Assembly: GCA_028534125.1 (NCBI GenBank)
Contig: CM052818.1
Location: 38,442,001 to 38,506,000 of the forward strand
Reading direction: 5' to 3'
DNA length: 64,000 nucleotides
Origin: Lama glama
Taxonomy: Eukaryota
Made by a program: the position numbers and the translations under genes. Positions 12,540-25,679 of the stretch are shown piece by piece. The notes under the pieces are model-generated. The model was not told where the DNA came from. It worked only from the letters and a program-made list of their open reading frames with translations, and did not search any database. Every line of letters starts with the position of its first letter. Position 1 is the first letter of the stretch.

Positions 12540-13560
12540 TATGTATTCATTATTCAGCAAATATTTATTGAGCACATGTTATATGTCAACATATACCCTA
12601 AGTGCAAGGGCTAAAGTGAACAAGATAAGCAAATTTCTTCTCTTCAAAGAGCTTACATTCTGATGGGGATAGATAAAAACATGTACCATAATATCAGCTT
12701 GTCATTAATCTTTGTAAATAAAACAAAGCAGAATAACAGGATAAGGATTCATAGAGGTGGAAATTTACTTTATAAAGAATGATCAGGATTGGCCTCTATA
12801 ATAAGGCAATATTTAAATAAGAGGCTTGAATAAAGCAAGAAATTTATGTATTCCTTAGGAAAAGCATTTTAGACTAAGGAATAGTACATACAAAGGGCCT
12901 GAGGTAGAAACATGTGTAAAGATGAGTTAAGTAGAATAGTGTGGCTGGAGAACAGTGAGTGACAGGAAAAGTGAAAGACGAGGTGAGAGAGAGCAATGGG
13001 CCAGATCATGTAGGGCCTTACGGGCCACTCAAGGACTCTGAATTTTATTCTAAATGTGGGGGAAAGCCATTGGAGGTTTTGGACATAATCAGATTTGGGT
13101 TTTAATAGGTTCACTCTGACAGCCATGTGAAGAACATACTGGGTATGTATTGAGGGGAGGGAAATAGGGGCAGCAGGGAGACCATTTAGAAAACTGCAGC
13201 AGTAATCCAGGTAAGAAATGGTGGTGGCTTACACTCTGTTGATAGCAACGCGAGGGGTAAAATGTAAGAGGGATGTGTTTTAAAGGTAGTACTAATAGGA
13301 ATGTTTGTGAGGTACAAAAGAAAAAGAGCAATCAAGGATAAGATCAAAATTTTTTTGTCATGACAACAGGTGAACAGGAAACAAACTACTAAGATTAAGG
13401 ACACTGCAGAAAGAGAAAATTTGAATAGGAAAGATAAGAATTTAATTTTAGACCAGTTAAATTTGAATTGGCTATCCACTGAAAACTTCAAGAATGTAGT
13501 AGGATATATGGATCTGCAATTCAAGGGAAATACAAGAAATGAAGATTTGAACTCCAAACA
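12540..13560 (-). mobile_element. L2 element
   Basis: ttcattattcagcaaatatttattgagcac tail; gggccagatcatgtagggcct..ggaaagccattggaggtttt body. Confidence 0.85.
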
Positions 13561-15003
13561 AGTGTTTTGTAGTATGTGTTGTTGATCAATGGGAAAATGT
13601 GGATGGTTCACTCAATACAGTCTACCAAAATGAGTTGAACACATGTCAAACTGATGGCAAAATAATTCAGAACATGAAGTTAACTTTTACAATTGATTAG
13701 TTTCAAAGTTCCAAGGTGCTGACAGTAATAGCCCAGGCAACATGATGTACAAAGAAAATAAAAGTTTGTCATTTCACAGATGCTTTCACTTCTGGTGGAG
13801 TGACGACAAGACAAAGAATATAATAGGAAACAAGCAATATGCAAGAATGTACAGGATAGGAGGGGAAAACGGAAAGAGAGGAAGAATTAGTGACAATAAC
13901 CAGAAAGTGTGTAGGCCAGAAGGACAATGGTGGTGACATGACTAGAAAGCTAAATTATAGAACAAAACTTGCCCTTTTTCCCCAAAACTAATCACATTTA
14001 ATAATTTCATTTCATTTTTAGGAAGACTATTCCAAATATTAAACCATACTAATATCTCAGTTATGCAAAATAGTCAAAAAAAACATATTCCAGATAAGTG
14101 AATTTTTAAATGACTTGAGACTGGTATGTCTGGGCTTGGCCACATTGGTTGTTCTACTTGTCTGCTACCACACTCACGATGTAAACTTTTATGTACTGAT
14201 AATATTACTACTTAATGTGTGATAAAAGCTATTTTCTTCTTTGGAGATAACGTAGGTCAAGTCTGTTGACAAAGAATGACGGATACCCTGGCTAATTCCT
14301 GCTGTATGGTGTATGTTTAGATCAACACATATTAGCTGAATGTTTATATACATTTAGCCCTATGTTAAGTATTAAAAAATGAGGTAATAGTCTTTAAGTA
14401 TTAAGTATTGAAATGATAATCTCTATCCTCAAGAAATAAACATACAACCAGATAAATCAAATAGATAATACTGCAGTCTGAGAACTATCTGGGGTGGGGT
14501 GGATGTAGGACTTCACTTAACAAATGGTTTCTGAATGAACAGTTAACTTTTTAGAAGATTATTACTCTTTAATAAGGAATAAGGCCTCTTCCTTCAGTTT
14601 ACAGTGACATTCAGAAGTGTACGGGAGGAGGGCTTTTTTTTTTAGTAAGTGTACAAATAATTTCCCACATGAGATTAAGGAATCTTATAATGGGTTTAGT
14701 TTGGAGGACAGAGATATAGCAATCAGGCAGCCCAATATTTTTTTTTCCTTTCCTTCCTGTTTCAGACAGTCCAGAAATACCTGCATGAGGGTATACTGAT
14801 TCTAAGTCTCTGAATAAAACTTTTCTTATTTATTTTGTGCCTTCCCAAAAGGTCCAAATTACCTGTTTTCCAATAAAAATCTAAAATTGGATATAAGGAA
14901 TAAAGTGCAAACAAAATGACTTTGAGGTATCCCTGCAAATATCCATCACAATGCTCTTTATATTAAAAAAGAAAGATGGAGCCCAAAGTATCTTTAAAAG
15001 CAA

Positions 15004-15110
15004 GAACTAAGAATACAAAAAGGAATATATGTATGTTTATGTATGACTGAAACATTACGCTGTACACTAGAAACTGACACAGCACTGTAAACCAATTACA
15101 CTTCAATTAA
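15004..15110 (+). mobile_element. Short young L1 3' end with possible TSD aaaagcaa
   Basis: gactgaaacattacgctgtacac..gaaactgacacagcactgtaa..cttcaattaaaaa. aaaagcaa occurs at 14996-15003 and 15111-15118. Confidence 0.75.
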
Positions 15111-15477
15111 AAAAGCAAAAATTTAGGAAGTCAAATAATGTCAGGGGCTATTAACGACAGGGAGGAAAGGAAACCTTTTACATCGTGAGAGTATAGAATG
15201 GTGCAGCCATTTGGAGAGCAATCTGGCAATGTTTTCTGAAATTAAGTATGCTCATACTCTATGGTCCTGCAATTCCATTCATATGTGTATCCACTAGAGA
15301 ATGTTAACTAAAATCTAAAGGGGACACATATGATGACAGTTCTACTGTATAAGCCATAAAACAAAATTTACTTGTTAAATAAAATTTAAGAATTTTGTAC
15401 AATGTAGGACACCATCATAAAAGAGAAGATACTTGCAAGTGCCCAAAACCACAAAGAATATCTGGAGTGGAACTACC

Positions 15478-15665
15478 CAATAGTGCATGAGTTCTATCCA
15501 CATGTGACTATTTAATTAATTTTGTATGTAACTGATTAAAAAGTCAATTCCTCAATCACAGTAGCCAACAGTTACTGTGCTGAACACCTACATGTGGCTA
15601 GTGGTCCCTGTACTGGGCAAAACAGAATAACATTTCCATCACCACAGAAAGTTCTATTGGATATT
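15478..15665. mobile_element. MER3-like hAT-Charlie MITE inside old L1 sequence
   Basis: catgtggctagtgg..aacatttccatcaccacagaaagttctattgga. Confidence 0.7.
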
Positions 15666-16049
15666 TCTGATTCAGAATATATAAGGAATTCATGCAAATC
15701 ATAAGGGGCGGGGGGCGGCCTATAGTAAAATAGGATAAGGATATATATGATACCATGCGTAAAAATACTCTCAAAAGTACTAATAAGAAAAATAAAAATG
15801 AAAACATTGTATCACTAGTATACCATTCATACTAACCAAATCAAAGCTGGGCAGTATCGTCTTGGTGGGAATGTAAAGGTACAGGAATGATCGTTCACTG
15901 CTGGTGGGAGTGTAGACTGGTGCAGCCATTCCAGAAAGCAATCTAACACTTCTCAGTCAAATTAAATATATGTATTCTTTTTCTCAGAAAAGAAGGGAAT
16001 AGGAACAGAAATTCCTATAAAAAGAAGGAAATGTTCCAATTTTTAAAAA

Positions 16050-16140
16050 GGGAGGAGGAGGATAGCTCAGTGGTAAAGTGCACACTTAGCATGCAAGAAG
16101 TCCTGGGTTCAATCCCAGTACGTCCATTTAAAAAATAAGT
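16050..16140 (+). mobile_element. tRNA-derived camelid SINE (vic-1-like)
   Basis: A-box tagctcagtggta, B-box gggttcaatccc, A-rich tail. Confidence 0.85.
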
Positions 16141-16199
16141 AATTAATTAATTAACTTTTAAATAAACTGACCAAGGTTCTGCACATTAAAGAAAAAAAT

Positions 16200-17740
16200 A
16201 AAAACAGAAACCAAAAATAGGGGAAAAGGAGTAGAAATTTTATAAGAGCAGTAGCATAAATGACCACCAAAGCCAAAGATCTAATTTTTAATCTAAGAAA
16301 TGTCCATTAAAATTACAGTTGGGACCACAACCATGGTGAGTAGAGGAGAGTTAGGTCTGGTGACCGCCATGTCAGAAGAATGGGGATAGTGAAGATGGCC
16401 TGCTGGTCAGGTGATTGGTTACTTAAAATAGGATTGAACAAATAAGTAAATATATTGAGGACTATGGGACTCAGATTTTGGTTAGAGAATTACAAATATT
16501 AAAAAAACGCCAGAATTGGAGTTCAGTATAAACTTGTGGCTTTCAAATAAAAAGATGGATGCATGTGGGGATAGATATAAATGTCTATGTAGACATATAT
16601 GTATATAAACAAGGAATACATATATATAAACATTTCTATACATACAAATAAAAATTTTTATATATTTCTATGTCTATTTCTAGCTTTACCCACTAAGAGG
16701 GTGTCAAGACAAACACTATAAAAAAGCACACCAAGGCCCAGATCTCAGTTTGTAATTATCATTTTTCACTAAAAGATAGCAGGGCTCCTTGGAGAAATGC
16801 CTCATTCCAAGACTAGGATACCCTGAAGTAAAGGAAGAACTCAAAGAATTACTAGGACATATCAAACAGAGAAATCAGCTTCAAGGGGTTCACATGACCA
16901 ATCCTGTGACAACATAGAGATCAAAATGCATGCTGGTAACAATGGATTATAATCTATGAAATAAAATAGAAATCTATGAGTCATTACTAATATATGAATA
17001 AATGAATAAATAAAATTGTGTAGGCAGAAAGAATGATGGAATTAAAAATCTTCTGGCAACCACTGTAGTAATATTTGATTAGACAAGAATCATCGAGGAC
17101 ACCAAAACTAGTAAGTGAACATTAGATGAATAAGAGGCTATTTATGCAGCCTCACAAAACAGTTTTTAATCAAGCATTAAGCATAAAATTTATCAAGATA
17201 AATCCAGAAGACACTAACCTAAGAAAATGACAGAAGTCAGTATCAACAGTAATAGTACAAAGTGACACTGTATCAGCTGATATAAGTAGAGAACAGAGCA
17301 TCATTCCTATGGAATTCATACCGAAGTACACAAACAGAATTTAATCACAAAAAACATTAAACCCAAATTGAGAGTAATTCTACATTAATTGGCTTGTGTT
17401 CTTAAAAAATATCAAAGTCATGAAGGTCAAGAAAATTAAGAAACTGATTCAGATTTAAGGAGACTAAGAGACATGACTACTAAAGGCAACGTATCACTTA
17501 CACTGAATCCAAGATCAAAAAGAACAAGGAATTATAAAGGACACTGCTAGGATAACCAGCAAAATGGGGGTCTAGGCACTGGATGGTAGAACTGTATGTC
17601 TATTTCCTGATTATATGCAAGTATCCTTGTTTACAGGAAATTTACACTGAAATGTTTTAGGTATAACATATGCAATTATTCTCAAATGGCTAAGGAAATT
17701 ACATATGGATATAATATTATACACACACATACATTCATAA
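16200..17740 (+). mobile_element. Old L1 (L1MC/MD-like) 3' region
   Basis: agggctccttggagaaatg..ccaagactagga and aaggagactaagagacatgactactaaaggcaacg motifs. Confidence 0.65.
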
Positions 17741-17743
17741 ATA

Positions 17744-18070
17744 CAGTTATTCCCTCCTTATTCATGATTTCATTTCTGTGTTTCAGTTATCCATGGTCAA
17801 CCCCAATCCAAAAGTATTAAATGAAAAACAACAGAAAGAAACAATTCATTTGCATAGCATTCTGAGTAGTATGATGAAATCTCAAGCTATCTGCTCCATC
17901 TAGCCTAGGATGTGAATCATCACTTTCTCCAGTGTATCCATGCTATCTATACTACCCACCCATTAGTGTAAGAAAAAACATAGTATATACAGGTTTCAGT
18001 ATTATCCAAGGTTTCAGGCCCCACTGGAGGTCTTAGAATATAACCCACACAGATAATGGGGGGCCTACTG
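17744..18070 (+). mobile_element. MER44A (Tigger7-derived MITE), near full length, TA TSDs
   Basis: ta|CAGTTATTCCCTCCTTAT ... GATAATGGGGGGCCTACTG|ta termini; internal gcattctgagtagtatgatgaaatctc..gtgaatcatc matches the recalled consensus. Confidence 0.9.
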
Positions 18071-18284
18071 TAAATATACATGCATATATATATATATATA
18101 TATATACACAAAAATACATAAAAACTCAGAAAGAGAATAGGGAAAATATGGTTAACTGGGAAATCTGAGTGAAGTTTAAGAGGAATAATTTTATTCTTGT
18201 AACTTTTATGTTAACATGTAATGGGTTTATTAATATTAAAATAAGTATTTTAAAACATTCTCTTTTAACTTATACTACAAAAAT

Positions 18285-19305
18285 TATTTTTTATTATAGT
18301 TGATTTACAATGTTGTTAATTTCTGGTGTACAGCATAGTGATTGTTATACATATATATATTCCTTTTCATATTACTTTTCATTATAGGTCATTACAAGGT
18401 ATTGATTATAGCTCCCCGTGCTATACAGGACTTTGTTGTTTATCTCTTTTATACATGGTAGTACCTACGAATTCTGAACTCACAATTTATCCCTCTGCAC
18501 CCTCTTTACGCTTGGTAACCGTAAGTTTGTTTTCTGTGTCTGTGAGTCTTCTGTTTTGTAAATAAGCTCATTTGTGTCCTTTTTTTTTTTTCAAATTTCA
18601 CATGTAAGTGATACCATATGGTATTTTTCTTTCTCTTTCTGGCTTACTTCACTTAGTATAACAATCTCTGGGTCCATCAATGTAGCTGNNNNNNNNNNNN
18701 NNNNNNNNNNNNNNNNNNNNNNNNNNNNNNNNNNNNNNNNNNNNNNNNNNNNNNNNNNNNNNNNNNNNNNNNNNNNNNNNNNNNNNNNNNNNNNNNNNNN
18801 NNNNNNNNNNNNNNNNNNNNNNNNNNNNNNNNNNNNNNNNNNNNNNNNNNNNNNNNNNNNNNNNNNNNNNNNNNNNNNNNNNNNNNNNNNNNNNNNNNNN
18901 NNNNNNNNNNNNNNNNNNNNNNNNNNNNNNNNNNNNNNNNNNNNNNNNNNNNNNNNNNNNNNNNNNNNNNNNNNNNNNNNNNNNNNNNNNNNNNNNNNNN
19001 NNNNNNNNNNNNNNNNNNNNNNNNNNNNNNNNNNNNNNNNNNNNNNNNNNNNNNNNNNNNNNNNNNNNNNNNNNNNNNNNNNNNNNNNNNNNNNNNNNNN
19101 NNNNNNNNNNNNNNNNNNNNNNNNNNNNNNNNNNNNNNNNNNNNNNNNNNNNNNNNNNNNNNNNNNNNNNNNNNNNNNNNNNNNNNNNGCTGAATAGTAT
19201 TCCATTGTATAAATATACCACATCTTCTTTAACCAGTCATCTGTTGATGGACATTTAGGCTGTTTCCATGTCTTGGCTATTGTAAATAGTGCTGCTATAA
19301 ACACT
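18285..19305 (-). mobile_element. Young cetartiodactyl L1 3' end spanning an assembly gap
   Basis: ORF2 C-terminus FIAALFTIAKTWKQPKCPSTDDWLKKMWYIYTMEYYS..MDPEIVILSEVSQKEKEKYHM, followed by the 3'UTR. Confidence 0.92.
18689..19188. other. Assembly gap (500 N)
   Basis: Run of N. Confidence 1.
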
Positions 19306-19689
19306 GGCTAGTGTAATTTTTTAAACTTAACTTTTTTTTTCTTTTTCCTTTGAAATAACTTACTGGAAAGATACAAGAGTATAAAGAACATGACCCTCCC
19401 CCAAACCCCAAAATCTTGAGAGCAAACTACTGATGTCATACCCAATTACTCCGAATGCTTCACTATCTATGTCCTACGAGCAAGAACTTTTTCCTACATA
19501 ACTTCCTGATCCCTGGTGTTTTGGGGTTAACATAATAAATGACTACTATCTATTGCACAGGTCCAATTCAAGTTTCTACAAAACAGAAACAGAATTAAAC
19601 GCAATAGCGTATATAAATACCTGATTAACAGGTGCTCAATAGACGCCGTTACTTTGACTAGTCTGTAGATTCACTGGAGGCTCCGAGGT

Positions 19690-20520
19690 TTCTCTCTTGG
19701 GAGCCACGGCGGGGCTGTGTTCTGTGGGCCCTGCAATCCTCGCACCACCAGGGAAGTGGGGTGACCCCACCCCAAGGTGCCACATCCACCCGGCAAGCTA
19801 CAACCTTTGCACCATCCTAGCCTCACCTAGAGACCTCGCACAAGGCTCCAATCCAGGCCTTGGCCTGTTTGTGAGAGACAAGCCCGTGAGCCTTCCCAGC
19901 TGGAGCTCACCGCTGGGCCTGAGCACCGCGCTTCCCGCGCCCACGCAGCCGGCGGCGTCCGGGGGCGGGGAGAACTGCGCACAGCTGCGCGCCTCCCGCT
20001 CTGCCCGCGGCCGCCACGCCCTGCGCATGCGCCCTGGGGCGTGCAAGCGGTAAGAAGAGGCTTCAAGTTCGCCGCCATCTTGGGCCGTGGCTCTCTTCCT
20101 AGAGCTTCGGGAGGAACCGTCTGACGTGCGCTGGGAGAGTCTCTGTAAGTCCGCACTTTACTTATGGCCAGCCTTCTCTAGGCAGTATCGTTTCCAATGG
20201 TGTTCCCCACCTGCAGCCCCGCTTTGTCCCTTGAACCGTGGTCGCTTTGGCCTCAGAGGAGCGGGCGCCGGCCCTCAGCCCTCCATCCGTGGCGGGATCC
20301 CCTCAGCTCCATGGCCTCCCTGCCTCCTAACGGCGTCCACTGCTCGGCCTCGCCGTGGGTACCGGGTGTCTCTCGCTTAAAAATGCCCTTTTCAGAGAGG
20401 AAATATCCCCCAGGGTCGCTTCCATGGTGGCTGATAATATTGTCGGGGTGTTTTTACTTGCGGAGGTCAAAAGACATCAAGTCAGAATATGGTGGTGCGC
20501 TTCTGAAGAAACTGGTTTTT
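19690..20520. promoter_or_regulatory. CpG-island promoter of TDRD15, possibly bidirectional
   Basis: Only strongly GC/CpG-rich segment in the window. GC box gggggcgggg 19961-19970, NRF1 TGCGCATGCGC 20022-20032, YY1 GCCGCCATCTTG 20071-20082, CRE-like TGACGT 20122-20127. Confidence 0.85.
20040..20144 (+). other. TDRD15: Putative non-coding exon 1 of TDRD15 (start approximate)
   Basis: Downstream of the NRF1 site and containing the YY1 motif typical of TSS-proximal sequence. Ends at donor ctct|GTAAGT (GT 20145-20146). Confidence 0.55.
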
Positions 20521-20914
20521 ACGGAGTCACTCTGATACATATTTGAAAATAACTTTTTACCTTTTGGAATTAAAAAAAAAAAGAAAGAAAGAAAGAAATG
20601 CAAGTCCCTTGCAGCATATCAGCTAAACGGAAGGTAAAGTTCATCCCCTGTCTGTTCTGCCAGTTCCATCTCCTAATTCATCCTTCGTCTCTTCATCTGT
20701 TTGTAGACAGACACACAGCGTATCATTTTTTATTCTATATACGTTACTCTGAGCACTCCCCTCCCCCAACTTAGGATCCCTAAAACCTATTCATCAGAGC
20801 CAATAAAAATAGATTTAACTTACTAGTTTTTAGTAGTAACAAAGAATAGAGGAGATGTTCTGTATCTTCCTCTTCCAGTGTTAATATTAACTTTAGGTTG
20901 TGTGTGGGGGGTGT

Positions 20915-21250
20915 GTGTGTTTCACAGCTTTACTGAAGGATAATTGAGGTATAACAAACTGCAGGTGAAGCGTGTAATTTGATGACACTTGACACAAGCA
21001 TATGCTCATGAAACTGTTAATCAAGATAAACGTATCCATCACCCCTAAAAGTTTCTTCTGGTCCCTGCTACCCAACACTGATCTGCTGTCACTGTAGATT
21101 AGTTTGCATTTTCTAGAGTTTTATGTAAATGGAATACAGTGTGTATTCTCTCTCAGCTTTCACTCAGAATATTTTGAGATCCGTTTATATTGTGTGTATT
21201 AATAACTTTGTTCCTCCTTATTGCTGATTAGTTTCCATTGTGTGGTTTCA
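20915..21250 (-). mobile_element. Old L1 (L1MB/MC-like) 3' end
   Basis: acagctttact..tatccatcacccctaaaagtttc..tgcattttctagagttttatgtaaatggaat. Confidence 0.75.
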
Positions 21251-22461
21251 TTTTTCAAGAACAAAGTATGGTCATTCAGATTTGGGTATTTTGTGGACAT
21301 TTTCTTGAAAATGAGTAAAGTGAGCTTGACACTTTAAGGAAGACAACTGATAGCATCCGTGAATGATAAAATTCAGGCTTTAAAGCCAGAATTGAAAATT
21401 TGAAAAACTTGTGTCTGTCACTGCAAGCTTGATGGCTTTCCAATATTTGAGTTTTCTAATGAGGTTGGTTTTGATATGTTGGGTAACGTATTATGTCAGT
21501 ATATGGAAGTCCTGCTTAACTCTTAACCAATATTTTCAAAGGAATCAATGTAATATGTTTATAATCATTCATGTTTAAAAATTCCATTCAAAATGCATGA
21601 TAGACCCAGAGATTTTAAGGTAACAGAGTATAAAAAGTTCATTTATAAAGTTTAATATTCCATATTGTAAATAATATCTAAGAAATGACCACTCCTAGGG
21701 TTTTTGTGAATATCAAAGAAGAATATCAGTTATATGAAAAAGCTATTAAAATGCTCCTCCCTTCTTTAACTACGTTATCTGTATGTGGCCAGATTTTATT
21801 CACAGACTTTATCCAAAACAACTTATTGCAACGTATTGAATGCAGAAGCAGCTATGAGATTAAGAAGACATTGAGGTTTGCAAAATTGTAAAACTGTATC
21901 AGTCTTCTCACTAAATTTTTGGTTCTGAAAAATTGTGTTTCATTAAAATATTAGCATTTGATGGGTTTATTATTTTAAAACATTTCTATTCTTATTTCCA
22001 ATATGGTAAATGTTGGCAGAAGCCACATGAACACTCTTTGGGGGTCTGTCTTACAAAATACCTTAAATGAAGTGACCTATAAACAACTGAAATCTATTTC
22101 TCACAGTTACTCAGTCTGGGAAGTTCAAGATCCACTTGGTAGCAAATCTGGTGCCTGCTTCCTGGTTTATAGATGCCTGTGTTCTCATTGTATCCTCATA
22201 TAGCAGAGAGAAACTAGCTCTCTTGTCCCTTGTACCACTAATCACTAATTAGTGAAGGGCACTGATCACATTCAAGAGGGCTCAATCTTCATGACATCAT
22301 CTTATCCTAATTGTGTCCCAAAGGCCCCGCCTTCTGATACCATCACATTGGGAGGTTGAGTTTCAATATGTGAATTTGTGGGAGAGGACACAAAATTCAG
22401 TCCATAACAGGATTTTTAGGTGTATGAAAGGGTCCTGAGGCCAAATATTTGTGAACCACTG
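21250..22461 (+). mobile_element. Charlie1-type hAT transposon 3' part, interrupted by MLT1
   Basis: Decayed WSFRFGYFVDIFLKMSKVSLTL*GRQL..NDKIQALK transposase; terminus gggtcctgaggccaaatatttgtgaaccactg. Confidence 0.85.
22047..22409 (-). mobile_element. MLT1/MaLR LTR
   Basis: tctatttctcacagtt..aaggccccgccttctgataccatcacattggg..ttcagtccataaca. Confidence 0.85.
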
Positions 22462-22529
22462 TTTTAATAGAATTCTTTTTTTCTGGTTCTAAATAAAGGG
22501 GGTGGGGATGGGGGCTAGTGACTACTGAA

Positions 22530-23120
22530 TTAAGAGGAAGGTTGCAGTTTTAAATAGAGTGGTCAGGAATGCTTCACCTAGAAGGAAACATTTCTGACCA
22601 AAAACTTAAAGATGAGGGAGCAAGCTGTGTTCTGGGAATAGTAAGCTCAAAACCTAGAACACTGTAGTTGCAGTGAATCAGTGTAATGAGAATGAGGTAA
22701 GAGAAAATGGGGGTCCTGGTGGCAGTGGTAGTGATTAGATCTTGTAAGGAAAGAATTCCATAAACCATAGTGGTGACTTTAGTTTTCAGACAGTGAAGTT
22801 AGGAGCTACTGAATTTTTTGAGCATAGTTGAGCATGTTGTGTCATATTTTTAAAAAGATCATTCTTGTTATAATACTGAGAATAGTCACAAATAGGGTTA
22901 GGGTAGGGTTAAAGATGGAAGCAGGAAGACGAGTCAGAAACCTAGTATTACAGATGACAGGAAGGTAATCTGGACCAGGGTAGTAGCCAGAGAGATGGAA
23001 GAAAGTGTCAGGGTTTTTATATTCTCTGAAGATGAAGCCAGTAGGATTTCCTGATGAATTGTGTCATAGGATATAAAAAGGTGGAGTCAAGGATGATCGA
23101 AGATTTTTGGCCCGAGCAAA
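22530..23120 (-). mobile_element. L2 fragment
   Basis: ttttaaatagagtggtcagg..gccagtaggatttcctgatgaatt..ggagtcaaggatga. Confidence 0.75.
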
Positions 23121-23349
23121 TATTTTACGTAGCAGATTATATTGATTTTATTGACTTTAACTTTGTTATAACTTCATTTCTTCCCGTGATTTTAAAAGTT
23201 TAATTTTTTTTGCTAGTCTCTAGGTTTTGTCTCCTGAAGAAAGCTTTAACATAAGATTAGAAAAAAAATTATTTTCCCTAATTCTTTATATGGTTTTTTA
23301 AAAAATTAGTTGTTTTATTTGCCTAGGATCTGTTTTTTCTTTCAGTAAA

Positions 23350-23577
23350 GCAGTTTCTCACCCTCCGCACTATTGACATTTTGGGTTAGATAATGGTTTT
23401 TTGTGGGAGGCTTTTCTGTGCATAGTAGGATATTTAGCAGCATCTCTGGCATATACTTACTAGATGCCAGTGCAGTCTTCCACTCCCAACCTGGCCCGGT
23501 TATGACAAGCAAATATATCTCTAGACACTGTCAAATGTTCCCTGTGGGACAGCATTGCCCCTTATGGAGGGACTACT
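23350..23577 (+). mobile_element. MER20 (hAT-Charlie)
   Basis: gcactattgacattttggg..tttagcagcatctctggc..ctagatgccag..tctagacactgtcaaatgttccctg. Confidence 0.85.
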
Positions 23578-25205
23578 TCAATAAAGACTGTTAAAAAATT
23601 GAAACCCTGATTTTGAAATATGCGAAAAGTACTCTATGCTGTTTTATTTTTATAGCAACAATATTCTTAAAGACTTGAATCTAGAAACCATTCTGAATAT
23701 ATGGAGACGCTAGGAGGAGGAAAACCAGGGCGCAGATGCTTAACTTGAATCAGTCATTTGGGAACATGGTAACCTAGCCGGAGTACTAGTCAGAGTTTGA
23801 CCAGAATTATCTTAAATTTTGAAAAAGGAATAATAAGCTGATTCTATCCCAGAATGGTGCTTTACCTGTTTTTGTTTGTTTGTATTTTTGGTTTTGGATT
23901 TGTATCTTTCACTTTTATTTTAGTTCTTGTCCATGATTACCTGAGTTAGTTGAAAGAGCAATGTGGAGCAGTGGGAGTAATGTATATAGAGAACTAGACT
24001 GAATCAGAAAAGGTGAATTCAGGCTCCTAAACTTCCTTTATCTTCATTTTTTTACTCTGAAAAATGAAAATATTATTGCCAAGATCAATTAAACTAATGT
24101 ACTGAAAACCTTTTGAAAAATGTACAGCATTATAAGGAGCTCTTAATTAAGGAAAGAAATCCAAATTTCTTTTAGAAATTTACAAATCAAAAATTTAAAT
24201 TTCAAATATGGCTCAACTCTTTTCCTGTTGGACCCCCGCACTGGTCTAGACTTATTAGATGGGAAGTCATAGAAGACAGATTCCAAAACAGTAAGAGTGA
24301 CATCATATATAATATGTATTCTATAGCACAAGGGAATTTTAGTATAGGTAGGGCTTTTTATATCAATTTTAATAGCGTTTATATATTGTATTTTCACAAA
24401 CCTTAGGGGAGCTGTGATCCTGTCATTTTTTTACTTAAATTTAGTAGAGGAGTTTGTGAACTTTGAATTTATTTTTAAAATATATAGTCTTAAAAATAAA
24501 ACATTTAAATATGATGTACTAAATTTAAAAGTAGTGATGAGCACTAATTAGTGCCATCAGATTAAATTATTGGTTATTTAAGTTGTGCCTCTGCTGTATC
24601 TTTATTTGAACCTATCTGTATCTGATCATGTAAAATTGTGGCACTATTACATTTGTCTGAGCCTGGTTTTTCCCTATACTGTGCTGTCAAACACAGTAAG
24701 GCAAATTATATGATGGAGCTGCTGTAAGACTATGTTCAGCAGAATGGTTTTATTCTCATACACTGGCTTTATAGTTACATTGTATAAGTTTATGAAGTTA
24801 TTAGAATACCATTTAGGAGTCTGATTTACAGATGTTTTATGTTTTCTATTTACTTCAAAAAAAAAAGTTTGAAAACCTGAATTGAATTCAGCCCTCTCAT
24901 TTTACAGATTTAGAATCTGATTCTAAGAAAAAAGTTCCCCAAATTTCACACTATTAATTGAGTCTCAAGTAAAACTCAAGTTTCCTGATGGCCTAATCTT
25001 GTGTACACAGAGTAAGTACTTTCTATGAATACAGTAATGTTTTTAGGAATATAATACTAAGTAGAGTTTGAATTTAGAACATCTTAATTTAAATTACATC
25101 TTTAAATAACATAATTGTACATTGTATAAAATAATTGGTTTGATTTTAAATTTCCTGTTAAATGTTTTTCCTTAATTTTCTCGATTATTACAGTTTGATT
25201 TTCAG

Positions 25206-25346
25206 ATACACAAGAGCTTTATCCATAATCCAGGGAACCTTCTTCATGATCCTATTGAGCAAGCATTGGAGAGGCAGGTGAAGGAGGCTGATTGACAGTC
25301 ACAGAATAGGCTTTTCTGTCTGCCTGGTTAAGAATCTTTTTCCATG
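25206..25346 (+). other. TDRD15: Candidate 5'UTR exon of TDRD15
   Basis: Acceptors at 25193 (ttacag) and 25205 (ttttcag) after a pyrimidine tract. Donors cag|GTGAAG (25277) or atg|GTGAGC (25346). Confidence 0.4.
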
Positions 25347-25614
25347 GTGAGCCCTTTGGTGTGCATCACATGGGACCTACAGATTTTCTTTTTATGTGTC
25401 GATTTTGAGAAGCTCATCCACCATGCTTCTTCAGACTTCTTTTGTAACAAATCCTTCAGTCTTGCTCTCCTTCAAAATTACCAATCATCCTATAGAAAGT
25501 ATTAGGTTTTGCCTGCTAAGGTACATAGATTCTTAACTGAAGCAGTTTCTTCTTCAGGCAAAGTAGATATGCTGGTATTTCTATCAACTGTGAATATTTC
25601 CATTTGTTTCTCAG

Positions 25615-25679
25615 GCAAATCCTCCCCTGGGTTGGGATGAGTGCTTCCGCAGTCTATTCCTGGAAGTTACTGGCATTAG
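25615..25679 (+). other. TDRD15: Candidate 5'UTR exon of TDRD15 (65 nt)
   Basis: tttccatttgtttctcag| ... attag|GTGAGA. Confidence 0.45.

Noticed and set aside
16050..16130. tRNA-like sequence (also at 37955-38053 and 60410-60513)
   Set aside because: Diverged copies with A-rich tails and no proper acceptor stem; these are SINEs, not tRNA genes.
18574..19304. ORFs of ~200 aa in the track (also 40458-41103)
   Set aside because: Artefacts of translating through N gaps; the real residues are repeat-derived.
19697..20546. Several 60-120-aa ORFs on both strands
   Set aside because: Expected by-product of the GC-rich CpG island; no recognisable domains.
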